DNA from: Rhynchobatus australiae
Taxonomy: Eukaryota
NCBI GenBank assembly: GCA_034780895.1
Contig: JAUZTB010000118.1
Location: 57,704,898 to 57,768,897 of the forward strand
Length of the DNA stretch: 64,000 nucleotides
Direction of reading: 5' to 3'
The notes under the pieces are model-generated. The model saw only the letters and a list, made by a program, of their open reading frames with translations. It was not told the DNA's origin and ran no database searches. The position numbers were made by a program, and so were the translations under genes. Each line of letters opens with the position of its first letter. Positions within the stretch are counted from its first letter, which is position 1. Positions 40,101 to 53,700 of the stretch are shown here, piece after piece.

Positions 40101-40779
40101 ATATAGAGAGGCTGAAGTACTTGGAATCTAGATCATTTGAAGGATAGAGCATATTCTCTGCAAGCAGAGCGGAGAAGGCAGAATTCCTGAGTTTAGCTAG
40201 TGAATGACAGGTGAACATTCACAGAAGGAAGCTTCAGAAAAGTGTTGTACATGTTATGTGAAGGCTGGTTGGTTTTGCACCAAGTGCCATAAGGTGAAGA
40301 TGCTACAGAGGACTTACCAGAGAATCTAACCAACAGAGCAATATTGGAAAAATAATCGGACAACATGAAGCAATAACTGAAGTTAGTTACAAATAAATTG
40401 GATATTAGCGCGAAGTTTAAAGCCTTCATTACTGGGTTAGGTAGATACCATGCAACCCCTTTCTAGCTTCGGTATTGTGTCAAAGCTTGTTGTCGCCCCT
40501 TCTGGCTTTGGTACTGAGTCAAAGCAAGCTTGTGTTAAAGAAATGCAGAGTTATCATCGAGCAGCTCCCAGGTGGAAATGTGATGCAGATATGTGACCGT
40601 TAACAATCGATGGTGTTTTGAGGTGGTCCCACTTGACCAGGGTTAAATAAAGCCAATGTCTATTTGAATTGATTCTGGTCTTGGAAACTAATCAACTGCT
40701 TCAAAGTACAAATGTTTCAGTGCTGAACAGGTAGCAACCAGTCTGTCTCTGTTGAAGGAAAGTGCAGAAAGGGTACTGA

Positions 40780-41200
40780 CCTGGACTGTAGGCTTTTCTC
40801 TCATTTAATAAAGCACCCTGTTTTGAAACAACAATTATTTTCCAATATCTTGGAGGGAGATACTAAGAACAATTACATATTTCCCAACAAGTGCACGGTG
40901 TGAGGTATTTTGGAGCACTGGTGAGGAAGGGTGAGGAACACATGCTTCATGCTAGAACCAGCAACATAAAAAGAATGTGGAGGAAATTCTGCTAAGAGAG
41001 TATCAGAAGCTAGCAGCTAAATTATAAAAGAGGACCAAGTCATTACCGATATCTGAATCCCCTACCCTTGCCAATACTAATTTGGATAGTGATAAACAGA
41101 ACTGGAAAGCAAATGCATGGTTGTGGGTCTAGTGTGGGGAAGGTAGCATTACCTAAGCTAGAAGGGTTGTATGGTGCATGCCTAACCCCGTAATGAAGGC
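40780..41200 (+). mobile_element. CR1 ORF1 (SGNH esterase-like) relic
   Basis: Translation includes EEILLREYQKLAAKL..RT, preceded by a degenerate H.GTN.I-like motif, typical of CR1 ORF1 esterase. Confidence 0.45.
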
Positions 41201-41269
41201 TTTAAACTTGATGCTAAAAACCAATTTATTACAACTAATTTCAGTGAACAACAATATGATAATTACTAG

Positions 41270-41510
41270 TTAACCTGTTTCAGTGATATTGGTTACCACA
41301 TTAGGAAAACGCCCCCTCTCTTCTTCAAAATAGTCCCATAGGATACTTCATATTCCCTGGGAGCGAAAATGGGGATACAGCTTCCAAACAACAACACCTC
41401 CTACAGCAATGTGGCACTGGACTGTCAGAAGAGATGTTTTGATATTTTGATCAAATCTCTGAAATGAAACTTGAACCTACAATCTTTTGATTTAGAGGCA
41501 AGAACTGAGC
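41270..41510 (-). mobile_element. Deu-domain-type SINE relic
   Basis: ctcttcttcaaaatagtcccatagga...aacttgaacctacaatcttttgatttagaggcaag is a reverse-complement DeuSINE-like body and head. Confidence 0.45.
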
Positions 41511-41539
41511 AAAGACAACTGGAAACCAGGAAACCACAA

Positions 41540-42420
41540 ACATCAGTTGTGGATAAGTTACTGGAATCTAACATCAAAGGCAGAGTGACTGAGTACTTGA
41601 ATAATGTGTAAGCTGACCAGTGTCAGCATGAATTTGTGAAGGATAGTTCATGCCTGTCCAATATAGTTGAACTGTTTGAGATCATTAACATAAAAGGAAA
41701 TGTTTATAGATGCTGCTAATGTCAATGTTAAAGTTCTTTAGCCCTTGGGTTGGGAGAATCTTGTGATAAAAGTAGGTAATTGGCTGAAGTTAGAATAGGA
41801 AAAGGGATGAGAAGACAAGATAGAATAAAGAGTTTGTCAGGATATAGCTAGAGATATACTCCAGTGATTTGCACAGAGATATAATGTTTCCAGCTCAATA
41901 GCCTTTATCACAAAGAGGCTGGATTATAAAGTGACCAAAGACATACATTGGTTTTTCAGAATATCAGGAGTACCATTTTCAGTCTTGGACAATGTAAGGC
42001 TTGAAAGATGCATTGGCCTTGCAGGGGGTGAAGTACAGATAGCAAGCTTTAAAGGGCTATATATTAGCACAGGCTGCAGAAACTTGGCTTGTTCCATAAA
42101 GAGGAAAGCTTGAATATTGATCCGATCAAGGTGTTTAAAATATTAAAAATATTTGATACAGAATCTGGTTGGAGAACAATGAAGTTTGGATATCATTTTA
42201 TAATTAGAGCTAGGAGAAAAACCGAGAAGTGTCTTTTCGCACAAGGTTGTTGATAAGTGGAATTCTCTGCCCTAAGTAATTGTGTCTGCTGAGAAAAATA
42301 GAATGAGAACTCTCAAAACTGAAAAATTTTTGTAGGGTATCAAGGGACACAGAACAGATGTGGGTAAATGAAGTTAAGTACTGATAAGTCATGATTTAAC
42401 ATAATGGTAGAGGAGGCTCA
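41540..42420 (+). mobile_element. Old fragmented CR1 ORF2 and 3' end
   Basis: Motifs TSVVDKLLES, QHEFVKDSSCLSN and DPIKVFKILK. Confidence 0.55.
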
Positions 42421-42789
42421 TTGGGGGTGGGGGTGTGCACGGGGTGGTGGCTGCTGAATGACTTACTCAAGTAAGTTTCAGCAAAATTTTAATGTGCGAT
42501 TATTCTGAGAACAGGATGCACAAAAAAGTGACAGTGCACAAAAAAATAACAGAAATGTGTTCAGTGTGTTTGCTGGTGGCTTTTAAATGCAGCCACTTCA
42601 TTAACTTGTGGGTTTCTATCAGTTCATGCCAGTGGGCATAGCCAAACCCCTAGGATGTGATCCAAACACCAGTCTGTAAAGGAACAATGCAATATGCAAG
42701 TTGGAGTTAAAGCAGTTGAAGTAGGGAAATAAGAGAGAGAATTGTTGCAATGAAAAGTCAGCAGTCAAATGCCATAGCCTCAATTGATG

Positions 42790-42930
42790 GACAGCTCCCT
42801 GGAGATGCTGCTGTGGTCTGTAAGGGCCCAGAGGGAAGAAAAAACCTTTTGGGAAAGCCAAGAAGTTGTGGTTGGATTTGGCAGAAGAAATCAGCAGCAG
42901 GAACATAGTGACGTGCTCTGGATCTAATGA
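42790..42930 (+). pseudogene. Myb/SANT-like DNA-binding domain relic (Harbinger second ORF type)
   Basis: LEMLLWSVRAQRE...KKLWLDLAEEISSRNIVTCS resembles Harbinger-associated Myb/SANT domains. Confidence 0.45.
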
Positions 42931-44534
42931 CAGAAGGAAGCAAGGAAGGCAGCACTGGCAGCCTTTTCACCTGCATACTGATGTGTCTCTCACCCAGCAG
43001 CCTCACGTCCCGTTCCAGGCTCTCTGCAGCACATACAGCACCAAACTGCTGTTCATCAGCTTCCTGTCAGGGAGTCAGGGCCACGTACATATCTGCCAAT
43101 CAGCAATCCCTTGGCGACTCTGCCAAACTGGTAGTGGAGTGCAGCAGTCCCTCCTCTAGCAAATCCTGCACCGCACTGTTCTCATTGGCTTGTGGCAGTC
43201 AGCTGACTGACCCTCACATATATTGAGGACACCAGCACCAAACATACACTCACTCACTAAAGTTGATTATTCAACTTCACGGGCAATGGCTGACACCTGA
43301 CTTCTCCTTACTAGTAAGGAATGTGGAAATAAAAATATATCATTGGGGTTTTGGCAACTAAACAACATTTAACTACATTGGAAAATGGAATCAGAAATTC
43401 ATACTATAGACAAGTGATGAAAGATAATAACAACTACCTCCTTCAAGATTATAACATGTATCAAAGATATATTTCTATATACAGTGCTACAGATTTTAAA
43501 TCCCTGCATGACATAAATGCACAGTTAATCCTAGAAACAAGATCATGGCCAACTCAGTGACAGAAAGTGAACACATTCTTTTGGCCAATAAATTTCATCA
43601 ACGGTATTAAGCAGTGAGGTGGACTTTGTGAACCTCGTGGGAGAGGGTATTACTTTGGGGTATGCTGGTGTTGGTAATGGAGTGGCCCCGGACACAGGTT
43701 GGTACCCATTCTGTGAACATCAAAAAAAAACTGTCGATGCTGGGAATCTAAAACAAAAATAGAAAATGCTGCATCCGTGGGAAGAGAAACAGAGTTCGTG
43801 TTTCAGGTCAGAGAGCCTTTGTCAGAACTCCGACCTGAAACGTTAACTCTTTCTCTTCCCGCAGATGCGGTCTGACCTGCTGAGTATTTCCAGCATTTTC
43901 TTGTTTTGTTTTAGAATTCCTGCATTTGCATTTTTTTTTAAATTTTCACCTGTTGCATTCACTGCTGCTTCTCTTTCAGGATTGCCTAGCATGAAGTTCC
44001 ATTCAGCTCTGTGATGAGATTTCCTTCTGTCTCTCTGGACGTACAATCTCTGACCTGAAACGTTGACTATTTCCACAGGTGCTACCTGACCTGCTGAGTA
44101 CTGCCGGCATTTTCTGTTTTTGCCTTAGGTACCCATCCGGTCCTGAGTCATTCAGTTTTTGTGGCTCGCTGGCTCCACACATCAGTAATCAGTCTAAAAT
44201 TAAGTCTTTGTGGCCCCCTTTTGGTTGAATAAGCAAGTAGTCTTGTCTTAGGTTTCACAAGCTCTTTTGCATCCATCACAACTTCCTAAATAAACAAGAC
44301 ATCTGTCAGACTGCAGCTACTACTGTGATGCCCTGCCCCCAAGTCCAAGACTGGTCCAGAGATGCTGTTCCTTCCCAGACTCACTCGGTCAGAGGCCTCC
44401 TGACTCTGACCCAGCATCACCCGCCCAACCATCATCCCCGACAATCTGGGCAACACCCCACCCTGATCATCTGCCCAACCAATTACCCTGATTCCCTCTC
44501 GGATTCCCCCTGCCCCTCAGTACTCCTCTTATTA

Positions 44535-45145
44535 TGGGACATTATACTGCAGTTGTATCAGTCACTGGCGTGGCCACACTTGGAGTACTGTAGACCGTTT
44601 TGGACACCCTGTTATAGGAAAGACGTGGTTAAACTGGAAAGAGTGCAGAGAAGATTTATAAGGATGTTGCCAGGACTAGAGGGCCTGAGTTATAGGGAGA
44701 GGTTGCACAGGCTGGGCCTTTATTCCTTGGAACATAGGAACATCAAGGGTGACCTTATAGAAGTGTTTAAAATTATGAGAGGCGTAGATAAGGTGTATGG
44801 TAACAGTTTTTTCCCCAAGGTAGGGGAGTCCAGAACTAAGGGGCATGGGTTTAGGGTGAGAGGGGAAAGATTTGAAAGGGACCTGAGGGGCAACTTTTTC
44901 CTGCAGAGGGTGGTGAGTATGTGGAACGAGCTGCCTGTGGAAATGGTTGAGGCAGGTACAATAATATCAAGAAGCATTAGGTACTTGGTACTCGGTACAA
45001 TAGGTATTTGGATAGGGCAGGGCTTCGCAGGATATAGACCAAACGAAGGAAATTTGGACTAGCTGGGTGGGCACCGTGGCCGGCACGGACTGGTTGAACC
45101 GAGGGGCCTGTATCCATGCTATGCTGTTCTATGACTCTATGACTC
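44535..45145 (+). mobile_element. CR1 LINE 3' end (RT C-terminus and 3' UTR)
   Basis: LYQSLAWPHLEYC..W.P.YRKDVVKLERVQRRFIRMLPGLEGLSYRERL..LGLYSLEHR..KGDLIEVFKIMRG...FFLQRVVSMWNELP; ends in ctatgactctatgact. Confidence 0.95.
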
Positions 45146-46679
45146 TCCATGATCCCCTTCCTGTCCTCCTCCATCCTACAGAAAATAGAACAGTCTCCCC
45201 TTGAAAGGAGAGCAGCTGCTGGGATAGTGCTCATGTTATGTGGAAATATGCAGTACATTTTATTCATTCTTGCGCCTGTCATATTTGATCTCCAGAGCGG
45301 ATGCAGCTACTTACCCCATTCAAATTCATCTCATCTTAAACAGACAGAAATTCCAGTAAACTACCTCGAACGCCCCGGTTCCCCTCTTGTCGGATTCCCT
45401 CTATTTGCTGCATCTGGTGGGACCACAAGGCAGCCCATCACCAAAGTGAGGCTGTCTTTGAAGTGGCCAGATCATTGAGTGGACCTGACTTTCTGCCTGC
45501 CCAATTTCTCCCTTTGATGAGGTGCTATAATTAGATACATACTGAGGTCCTATGAAGAGTAATTGCTTTTATTTTAGGAAATTTAATCTTCAATTTCGAG
45601 CCAGTGTAAAGGTAATCCTCTCTTTGCCCAGGGGAGTGGTTGGGTTAAGAAAGTAAGAAAAAGGCAGCAGGAAACACCTGGTTTCTTTTCCTTTTATAAC
45701 ATTTATTTTTCAAGATACGACATTTATTGTTAAGTTTCCTATCATATGCCAAGTCTCAGAGTGTAGTTTCTCCCTTCTCCTACACTCTGCCTCCCCTTGG
45801 GAGTCCCAGACAGAACCAATCCGTCACTCCCCCTGAAGCCTCCCACCACTCTGTGGTCCTGGTGTACTGGAAAATCTCAGCAGAGCCTGAGTTGCTGGTA
45901 GCAGAGGCTGCCCATTGACGCAAAGATGGGGAGATTCCAAGTCCTAGTGGGAAAATGAAAGGAACTGTCTCATTGGAGAGTGGACAGGTGAAGGTTGACA
46001 GGTCAGGATCAGCCCATGCCTCCAGTGAACCACCCAACTTCCAACCCAAAACACAAGCAAGTGTATCAGTTATCAGAGTGTGTCACTGGTGGATCAACAA
46101 ACTTGCCCAATATTCCTCACAATTGCCTAGCTTGCAGGTGCACTTATCCTTTGCTGACTACTCATGCCAGGAAATGGACAGAAGTATAAATGTGAGCACT
46201 TTTGGAGGGCTACATTAAATACACACTCATTGTACATACCTGAGCATGGCTGAGTGTCTTTAATTTACTTAATGTTTATTTGGAGGGGAACGGACAACAC
46301 CACTGCTACCCAACCCACTCTCCTCCCACCCCCTACACACCTGCTACAAAAGCATATCCTCAACTGCGCTTCCATCAATGAACACGTCCCATCGTGTCTC
46401 TTCCCAGAGTCATCTTCAGCAAAAACGCTCCATTCACCAAGTGGCCGTGCATTATCACTATCACTACTAGGTCTCTTCTTCACCTCCCCCAAAACCGCTC
46501 CCCCGCTCCCTCCCCCCTTCCCATGGCAGAAGAGAATAGAGCATCCCAGGACCCAGAATGAGGCAGAAAGTTAGAGATGGTCCTCCAGCCATCAGGGGAG
46601 AAGAAGAAGTGATCAGAGTGTTCAGCACTATCAGAAATAGGGAAGTGGGGCATCACAGCTACTTATTGACAGAATTAAA

Positions 46680-47215
46680 TAGCAGATGGCCATTTGTGGA
46701 ACATAACGCTCAAACATGCTAAACGGACATCAACAGCAAGTGTTATTCATTCAATGATACTCATTCATTCCTTTAACCTGCCACAGGGCTCTCACATAAG
46801 GAGCAGGAGTCGGTCAATGCTGTTGTCAACAATATCTACCAAGGATCCCTCTGAGAATGAATGGTTACAGTACTCGTGCATCAGATATTTGCAACCGAGC
46901 TCGATCAGTTCTGAAAGTGGCAATTTGAATTTGACAATTGAGCAAAAGCAGATAGTGAAATCAGAGATAACAGTGAAGAGTCCATGTCAGAGGCCACAGC
47001 CTTTCCATGGTCTGCTCATTGGACAAGATGCTGTCCTGAAAACATCATTGAAGGAGATAATTATCAAGATACGCCAGAGGTTTTGCAAGTTACTGAAAGG
47101 AATTCCAAGCACACTATCAGCAACTTGAGGACATCTTCTCAACCATGACTGGAATGGTGCTACAGGGCTGCAAGAGCAAAAAAAAACCCTTCCCATACTG
47201 GATGCTTAGGAGGAC
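46680..47215 (+). mobile_element. Degenerate RTE-like LINE 3' fragment
   Basis: Weak similarity to recalled RTE-type 3' regions; no intact frame. Confidence 0.3.
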
Positions 47216-48379
47216 AAGCAGTTCTGATGAAAGATCATCAACCTGAATCATTGATTCTGTTTCTCTCTACACAGATGCTGCCTGCCCTGCTGAGCATTTC
47301 CAGAATTTTGTTGTTATTTTAGATTTCTAGCTTCACAGTATTTGGGTTGATATTCAGCCCTCCACATCTGTTTACTAGTTTTGAAAGTCAGAAAGTTCCT
47401 TGGAGTTGTNNNNNNNNNNNNNNNNNNNNNNNNNNNNNNNNNNNNNNNNNNNNNNNNNNNNNNNNNNNNNNNNNNNNNNNNNNNNNNNNNNNNNNNNNNN
47501 NNNNNNNNNNNNNNNNNNNNNNNAGAACCTATTTGCAACAGATGATCCGAAGGTGACTTGGACACGTCTCTGTGATTTTGGTAGAGGAGTTCTTTCATGT
47601 CACAACCCCCATAGTTTGGGGGTTATTAGTTCTTTGACAGATGTCCATTGTTCATCATAATTAATAGAGGTTTTCTTTTTTTTGATATAGCTGATACATT
47701 TACATTTAATAAAAAGATGTCTCAAAGAGTTCATTTGCCATTTCATTGTTAATGCCAAATTATAAATCATCTGTTGCCAACCATGAACAATTCTCATGCC
47801 TGCTATGCAACAGCACCACTGAGTGGCCATGGGAAAAAGTGAAACTGGAGTATTCACAGCTGATTCCGAAGTCAGCAAATGTTTTGCAGCAAATGAACAA
47901 TAGGTCAAGAATTTCCACACATATGGCCCAGCTCCACCACTGTAACTTTGCTGGTTGTGTAGTGAGCCACATTTACATGTGGGATGGCAGTTTCTCTGCA
48001 CTTCCAGATCAGTGAAAATATGATGGAGAAACAGGAGCAGCTGGGATGAAAGTCCAATAGACTTTCTTATTTTCTATTCAACTTTCTGGTTAACTGTTTT
48101 ATGCAAAGATATCCAGCAGTAAATTATCATCTGTACAAAAACTACAACTTTTCTTTGCAGTACTATATTACTAATACCATAGTAAAATACTACCAACCCA
48201 CAGAAGGATGCAATAGAAAGTGGGTGAGTGTTAAGGAAAGTTCTGATTGAGGAAGAAGTAGCTAGANNNNNNNNNNNNNNNNNNNNNNNNNNNNNNNNNN
48301 NNNNNNNNNNNNNNNNNNNNNNNNNNNNNNNNNNNNNNNNNNNNNNNNNNNNNNNNNNNNNNNNNNGAAGAAGTAGCTA

Positions 48380-49050
48380 GATTTAGTGAGGGAATTCCAG
48401 AGGGTACCTAGAGGATGAAGGCACTAATAAAGAGCCATGTATGTAAGGAGAAGGCACAAGTGGCTGGCAACAAAGCATTGGAGAGCTTGTGGAGAGATTG
48501 ATATGTTGCAAGATGGTTCATAGATTTGGAAGTAAGGGAGGACATGAAGCCAATGAAGCTAGGGGTATTGTTGAGTAAGAATCAGTGAGGGTTAGGCCAT
48601 ATGGAGCTGAGTTCAGCTAAATATATAGAATGTGGAGGATGACGAGGTCAGCTTTGGTTTAATTGAGTTTAAGCATGGGGATTAATCGTTTTATTGTCAT
48701 TGGAAACAGCTGGAAGTAGGAATCCTTTGTATTAGAAACTCTGTGGGATCAGGAGCTCAACTCCCAATAAAATTTATGCAAATTTTGTCAATGATTTGAT
48801 CCAGCCCAAGGTTACAGCTTTGGGGAATGAATGGGGATGCAGAGGGGTCTGCTACCAAGGGAGGCAAGGACAAATGATAATCATTCTAGTCTTACCAATA
48901 TTTGTAGGAACTAGCACCTTCTCTGAAAATGAATATTGGACAAGCTGTGTGGTACCACAGATGCATTGGGATTGGATGGGAGTGGAGGGAGCAAAAGAGA
49001 TGATGGAGACCAATAAATGGGTATTAGCTGTGTATATGTGAAATCTTAAC
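48380..49050 (-). mobile_element. Degenerate L2-like LINE fragment
   Basis: Purine-rich + strand with gagggaattccagag... and ...gtattagctgtgtatatgtgaa motifs, the latter the reverse complement of a YADD-like RT motif. Confidence 0.35.
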
Positions 49051-49884
49051 CAAGGGCAATATATTTAATTGTACCTATTGACCTATGTTTTAAAAGCACA
49101 TGAGTATTGTACACTCTGATACAACATTCTTCATTTTCTCCATAATTAATGGCACATGATTTATTTTAAAGAAACTACTTGCTTCCAAGATGAATGTTAC
49201 TTTGTCCTCGCAAGAATAATATTAATCACAAAGAATTAGCAATGCCCCCCGTTTTGTTATTCAAAAAGGTGTACTCCCTCCTTCTCCTGGTGCCACGGTC
49301 AGTGGCAATGTCAGTGAACCCAGGAAATGGTCGTTCACTTGGGCCAATGGACTAACCTGGGTTCTTCATCTAGAATGGTGCAGTGTGAGACTGAAGTGAA
49401 TCCGGAAATGTTAGTTTTCAGACCTGGTTGATGAGAACTGTTGGTAGGTGAGTGATGTGCTGGAGGTTCAGTTGGTGTGATCTGGCATTGAAAGACGCAC
49501 TCACTGATATTGACCGCACAAGTGAGGACATTGAAGTTTTTTTTGGCACTTAGATGATGACAGATTCAGATAGGGCAAATTGAAGGAAATTTTTCCTATT
49601 GCCAGATGTTTCAATGACCATGGCAACCACATTCAAAGTGATAGGTCAAAGCTACAGAAGTTTTGTAAGGAAAAATTTATTTAGGCAGAATGGTTATGAT
49701 CTGGAACTCACTGCCTGTAAGAACAGTGGAGCAGTCTATCAGGGTTTTCAAAAGGGAATTGGATAGGCAAAAGGTAGGGTAATTCCTCAGGCAAAGAGCA
49801 GGGAATAGGACAGATTAAATTGCTGAACAGGGAGCAGAGTTGGGGACGGGGCTGGACTCAACAGGTTGAATGGCTGCCTGTGCC

Positions 49885-50745
49885 AGAATCACAGAAACAG
49901 GCCATTTCGGCCCACCTTGTCCATGTCAACCATGATGCCTATCCACACCAATTCCAGTTGTTCAGACTAGGGTCATATCCCTCTCTGCTTTTCCTATCCA
50001 AACACCTTTTAAACATGTCATGGTTCTGAGTACCGGCCCTTGATTTGGCTCCTTTGATGCCTTGTTGTACAGCACATGGATCCCATGCTGGACTGATTGC
50101 ATAATGACACACACCTGAGCCCATTAGGGGCCTAACATAAGTACCTGGGTTTCTCTAGCACTAGTTGCCAGAGGATTGGTCAACTGTTGGCTCCTGGCTG
50201 CTTAGAGTGCTTCACTCTAGAGCAGTCCTGTGTTCTCTGTTCTGCTTTGAATATTCCGTTCACGTTGGGATTCCTCCTCAGATCTCCAAGGCAAGATTCC
50301 TTCCAGTTGCTGCCTGTATTTGGTCCTGAGGAAGTATCCTGACTCCAGTCTTGTACCAGTGTTCTGCATTTGGGTTCTCTATGTGCTTGCTCTTTGCTCA
50401 ATGTCGTGACAAAACATTGTAATTGTATCTGCCTTCACTACCTCCTCTGGCAGTGCATTCCAGATATTCACCACCTTCTGTGTGAAAAACTTAGACCTTC
50501 AGACCTTCTTTAAGTTTCTCCCCTCTCACCTGTACCCTTTACTTCTGGACTCCCTTGCCTTGGGGAAAAAGATTCTATCTGTGCCCCTCATAATTTTATA
50601 AACCTTTATAAGGTCACCCCTCAGCCTCCTACTTCCCAGTGAGAATAAACTCTGCCTATTCAACCTCTCCTTAGGATTGCAACCATCCATTCCAGGCAAC
50701 GTCTTGATGAATCTCTTCTGCACTCTCTCAATTGCTACCACATAC
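49885..50745 (-). mobile_element. CR1 LINE 3' end split by a solo LTR
   Basis: Minus-strand AIERVQKRFIKTLPGM...RLRGDLIKVYKIMRG; CR1 sequence is contiguous across the LTR (ccttttaaaca|ttgtaattgtatc). Confidence 0.88.
50016..50411. mobile_element. Solo LTR (396 bp)
   Basis: TGTCATG...CGTGACA inverted termini; 5-bp target-site duplication AAACA at 50011-50015 and 50412-50416. Confidence 0.85.
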
Positions 50746-53700
50746 CACAGAACGATTCCATTGTTTTATCCTATGAGATGAAATTGGAGAAAAAGTAAAG
50801 AAAGATGTATGTTCAGGCAGAGGGCAGGTGGAAACCACAGAGGAATATTCAATAGGTAGTCAAGAGCAAAGGAGGGAGGAGCAGTGCATCCACCTGTATG
50901 ATTTTCATCTTGGTGACAGCAAAATCAATGAGTTTTCCATGGTATGGTGCTGAGGTTGGATGAGATAAGGGAGAAGGGGCTTTGGGAGACAAAACTGAGT
51001 TCCAATCGTGCTTTATGTGGACTAGCCATACCTGGCATTGAATGGCCAAAACAATTGTTAACAATATCTCTTCAGTTTCAATCACCTTCGACTTAAGGAA
51101 CATGGTAGGCTGAGTAACAAGAGGTTCTGGATATCATTCTGACTTGAAAGAAAATGTCATCTTAAAGACTTTGATGTAACACTAACAAAATAATGGAGTA
51201 AATGGAGATTGCCCCATTGAGATGAGATGTGCCCTGCTCATGAGGAGATAGCTGTGAAAGTTAATGCTTGTTGTCAAACCCAATATTTAATGAAGGTTTA
51301 ACATAACCTCTCTGCTTTTTATTTTATGCTTCAGTTTATGAAGCCTGGTTTCCCATATGCCTTATCAACCACTCTCTCCACAGTTCCCTTGACCTTCAAA
51401 GATTTATAGACATATTTATCCAGCTACCTCTGTTCCAGCACATACTTTAGAACTGAGCCAAATGGTTGCTATTGTCTCCCGTTATTGTTTTTACCAGTGT
51501 ATATTACATGATTGTATCAAATTTTGTCTATTCTGCCATCCTATCTTATATCCTCCTGCAGGCTTATGCTATCCTCACCACTGTTCACAAAGCTTCCAAG
51601 TTCTGTTGCTTATGACATTTTTGAAATTATACTTTATAATGCATCTACAGGACACTGGGCCAAACTGAGCTGGATTCACCACTAGTGTCTCCTGCCTGCC
51701 CATTTGCACTTATCCAGCCCTGATACCACAAGTCTATCAAGCTGACCAATTGGACTGGAGAGACCTCTGGCAAGGTGGAGCAAGGCCACAGTGGCAAGAA
51801 GGCCTGGTGTACATTTAGACCCTGCCATTGAACACCCTGAAAGTCTTCCATAGGAGACAAGGTTAGGATTGGACATTTGTCACCTGTCAAAGCTGGAAGA
51901 CTTATTTTGCAATATCCAAACAAAAACTAACATTTCTTTAAAACAATTTAAAAATATTACTTAAAGAAGTAAAAAGTAAGTCAAATATAAAGAAGTTAAT
52001 AAAGTAAAAAAAAATTCTAGTAAAAAGATAAGTACTTAGCTCTACCTCCTAATCTCTATAGTGGCAATCCCTCTTCAAATGAATGGATTCTTCATTAGTA
52101 TATCAGGTCTCAATGGCATAGGATCAAAGTGGCAGATTCTCCAATATAATGCTGGGGATTCCCAGTCTGACCAGGTTTCCCACTGAATTTGTTTACCAGG
52201 AAGCAAATGAATGCTAGTGGTTCCCTTCAGAATCACCAGCAACATTCAACCTAATTCAGCCCAGGAGTATATAGCACAGAAAGGAATGGTTGGAATGCCA
52301 AATCCTGATGAATGCCACTGCCTACCATGTTTAGCTGGTGTTGAACATCCAATCTGAACATTAAAAACATTAAAGCAGAGGTTCCTAAACTTCCATTTAT
52401 TGCGTAGGTCCTCCCAGACTTACAACCTGCCCCCCAGTATCCCTGTCAGCACCTGTTACATTCCAAACCCACTTTCCTAATCGCTCCTATCCCAAACATC
52501 TGCCCAACATCTCTCCCTATAACACTAAATGCCAATGGCTTTACAAATCCACCATTGTGTAAACTCTCCCACGTACCCCTGATCCAGAGATGTTTTGCAT
52601 ACCACAGTTGGGAACTTCTGCATTAAAGAATGTTAACAGTGGGAGGTAAGAGCCATGTGCTCTGCTCTCCCCCTGTTGGCCGTGGCTGACTCAACCCAAT
52701 TTATACACTGTGCTTATGAATACTTGGAGCTGTAATATAAGTGTGAGCATCTGGCAGCTGGAACAATCTCCTTCTATGTAGCCTATCTAAACCTGTCATA
52801 GCATGTATCAGAACCACAGGTGTTAAAGCATGGACATACAGTGAGAAGGCTGAACAAACCTGTGTTGTGTTCTGTGCCGCTTTTAGGCCTTGTAACAATA
52901 AAAGTAATTGCCAACAGAAGCAAAAATGAATCGGTTCACTCAGACCCAATTGAATTATCCAAACTATTGTCAAATAATTTGACATAATACAAGTTAATTT
53001 ACAGGCATCGCATGTAATAAGGATTTTCAGCTGCTGTTTGAAGTAGTATAACCTTCTGAAATATTTCAAAGGCAAGGTGAGTCACAGGACCATGTCAAGC
53101 AGGCGGTGTGTCAGGACAGCAACATTCTAACAGGATATGAATATAAATTGAATTCTGCACAATCCCCAGATACTGAGGTCACGGAGAAACTAATTCCACC
53201 AGGCTGTNNNNNNNNNNNNNNNNNNNNNNNNNNNNNNNNNNTGTCAATTTCTATCATCGCATTGTCTTTTTCTGTTGTGCCAGCTATTGTTTGCAGGTGA
53301 GCCTCATGCTGAACAGTGGAAAAACCATTAATCTTTCATTTGTCAACCCCTACTGGAGCAGTACCAGAATAAGCCTCTTCCAGGTAGAGCAGCTGCTGGC
53401 AATAAACAGGAATAGGAACACTTGTACTTTTCACACAGTTGTATCCTCATGAACTAACACCAGAAAACCTCTATTAACAAATCATCAATTTGCAACAGCA
53501 TCAATCCAGATCCTGGCCATATCACCTAAATGTTACTATTGTATCTCTGTCTCCCCACTTTAGTACATTTATTGTTCCTGCTACATCTTGCTATTTGAAA
53601 TTTTCAGCCTGTCTTTGAGATATATCCGGAAGAGAGGAACTCCAGAGAACCTTTATATGCATTGAAAAGCTAGAAGAATTGACATAACTTCACAAATCTT

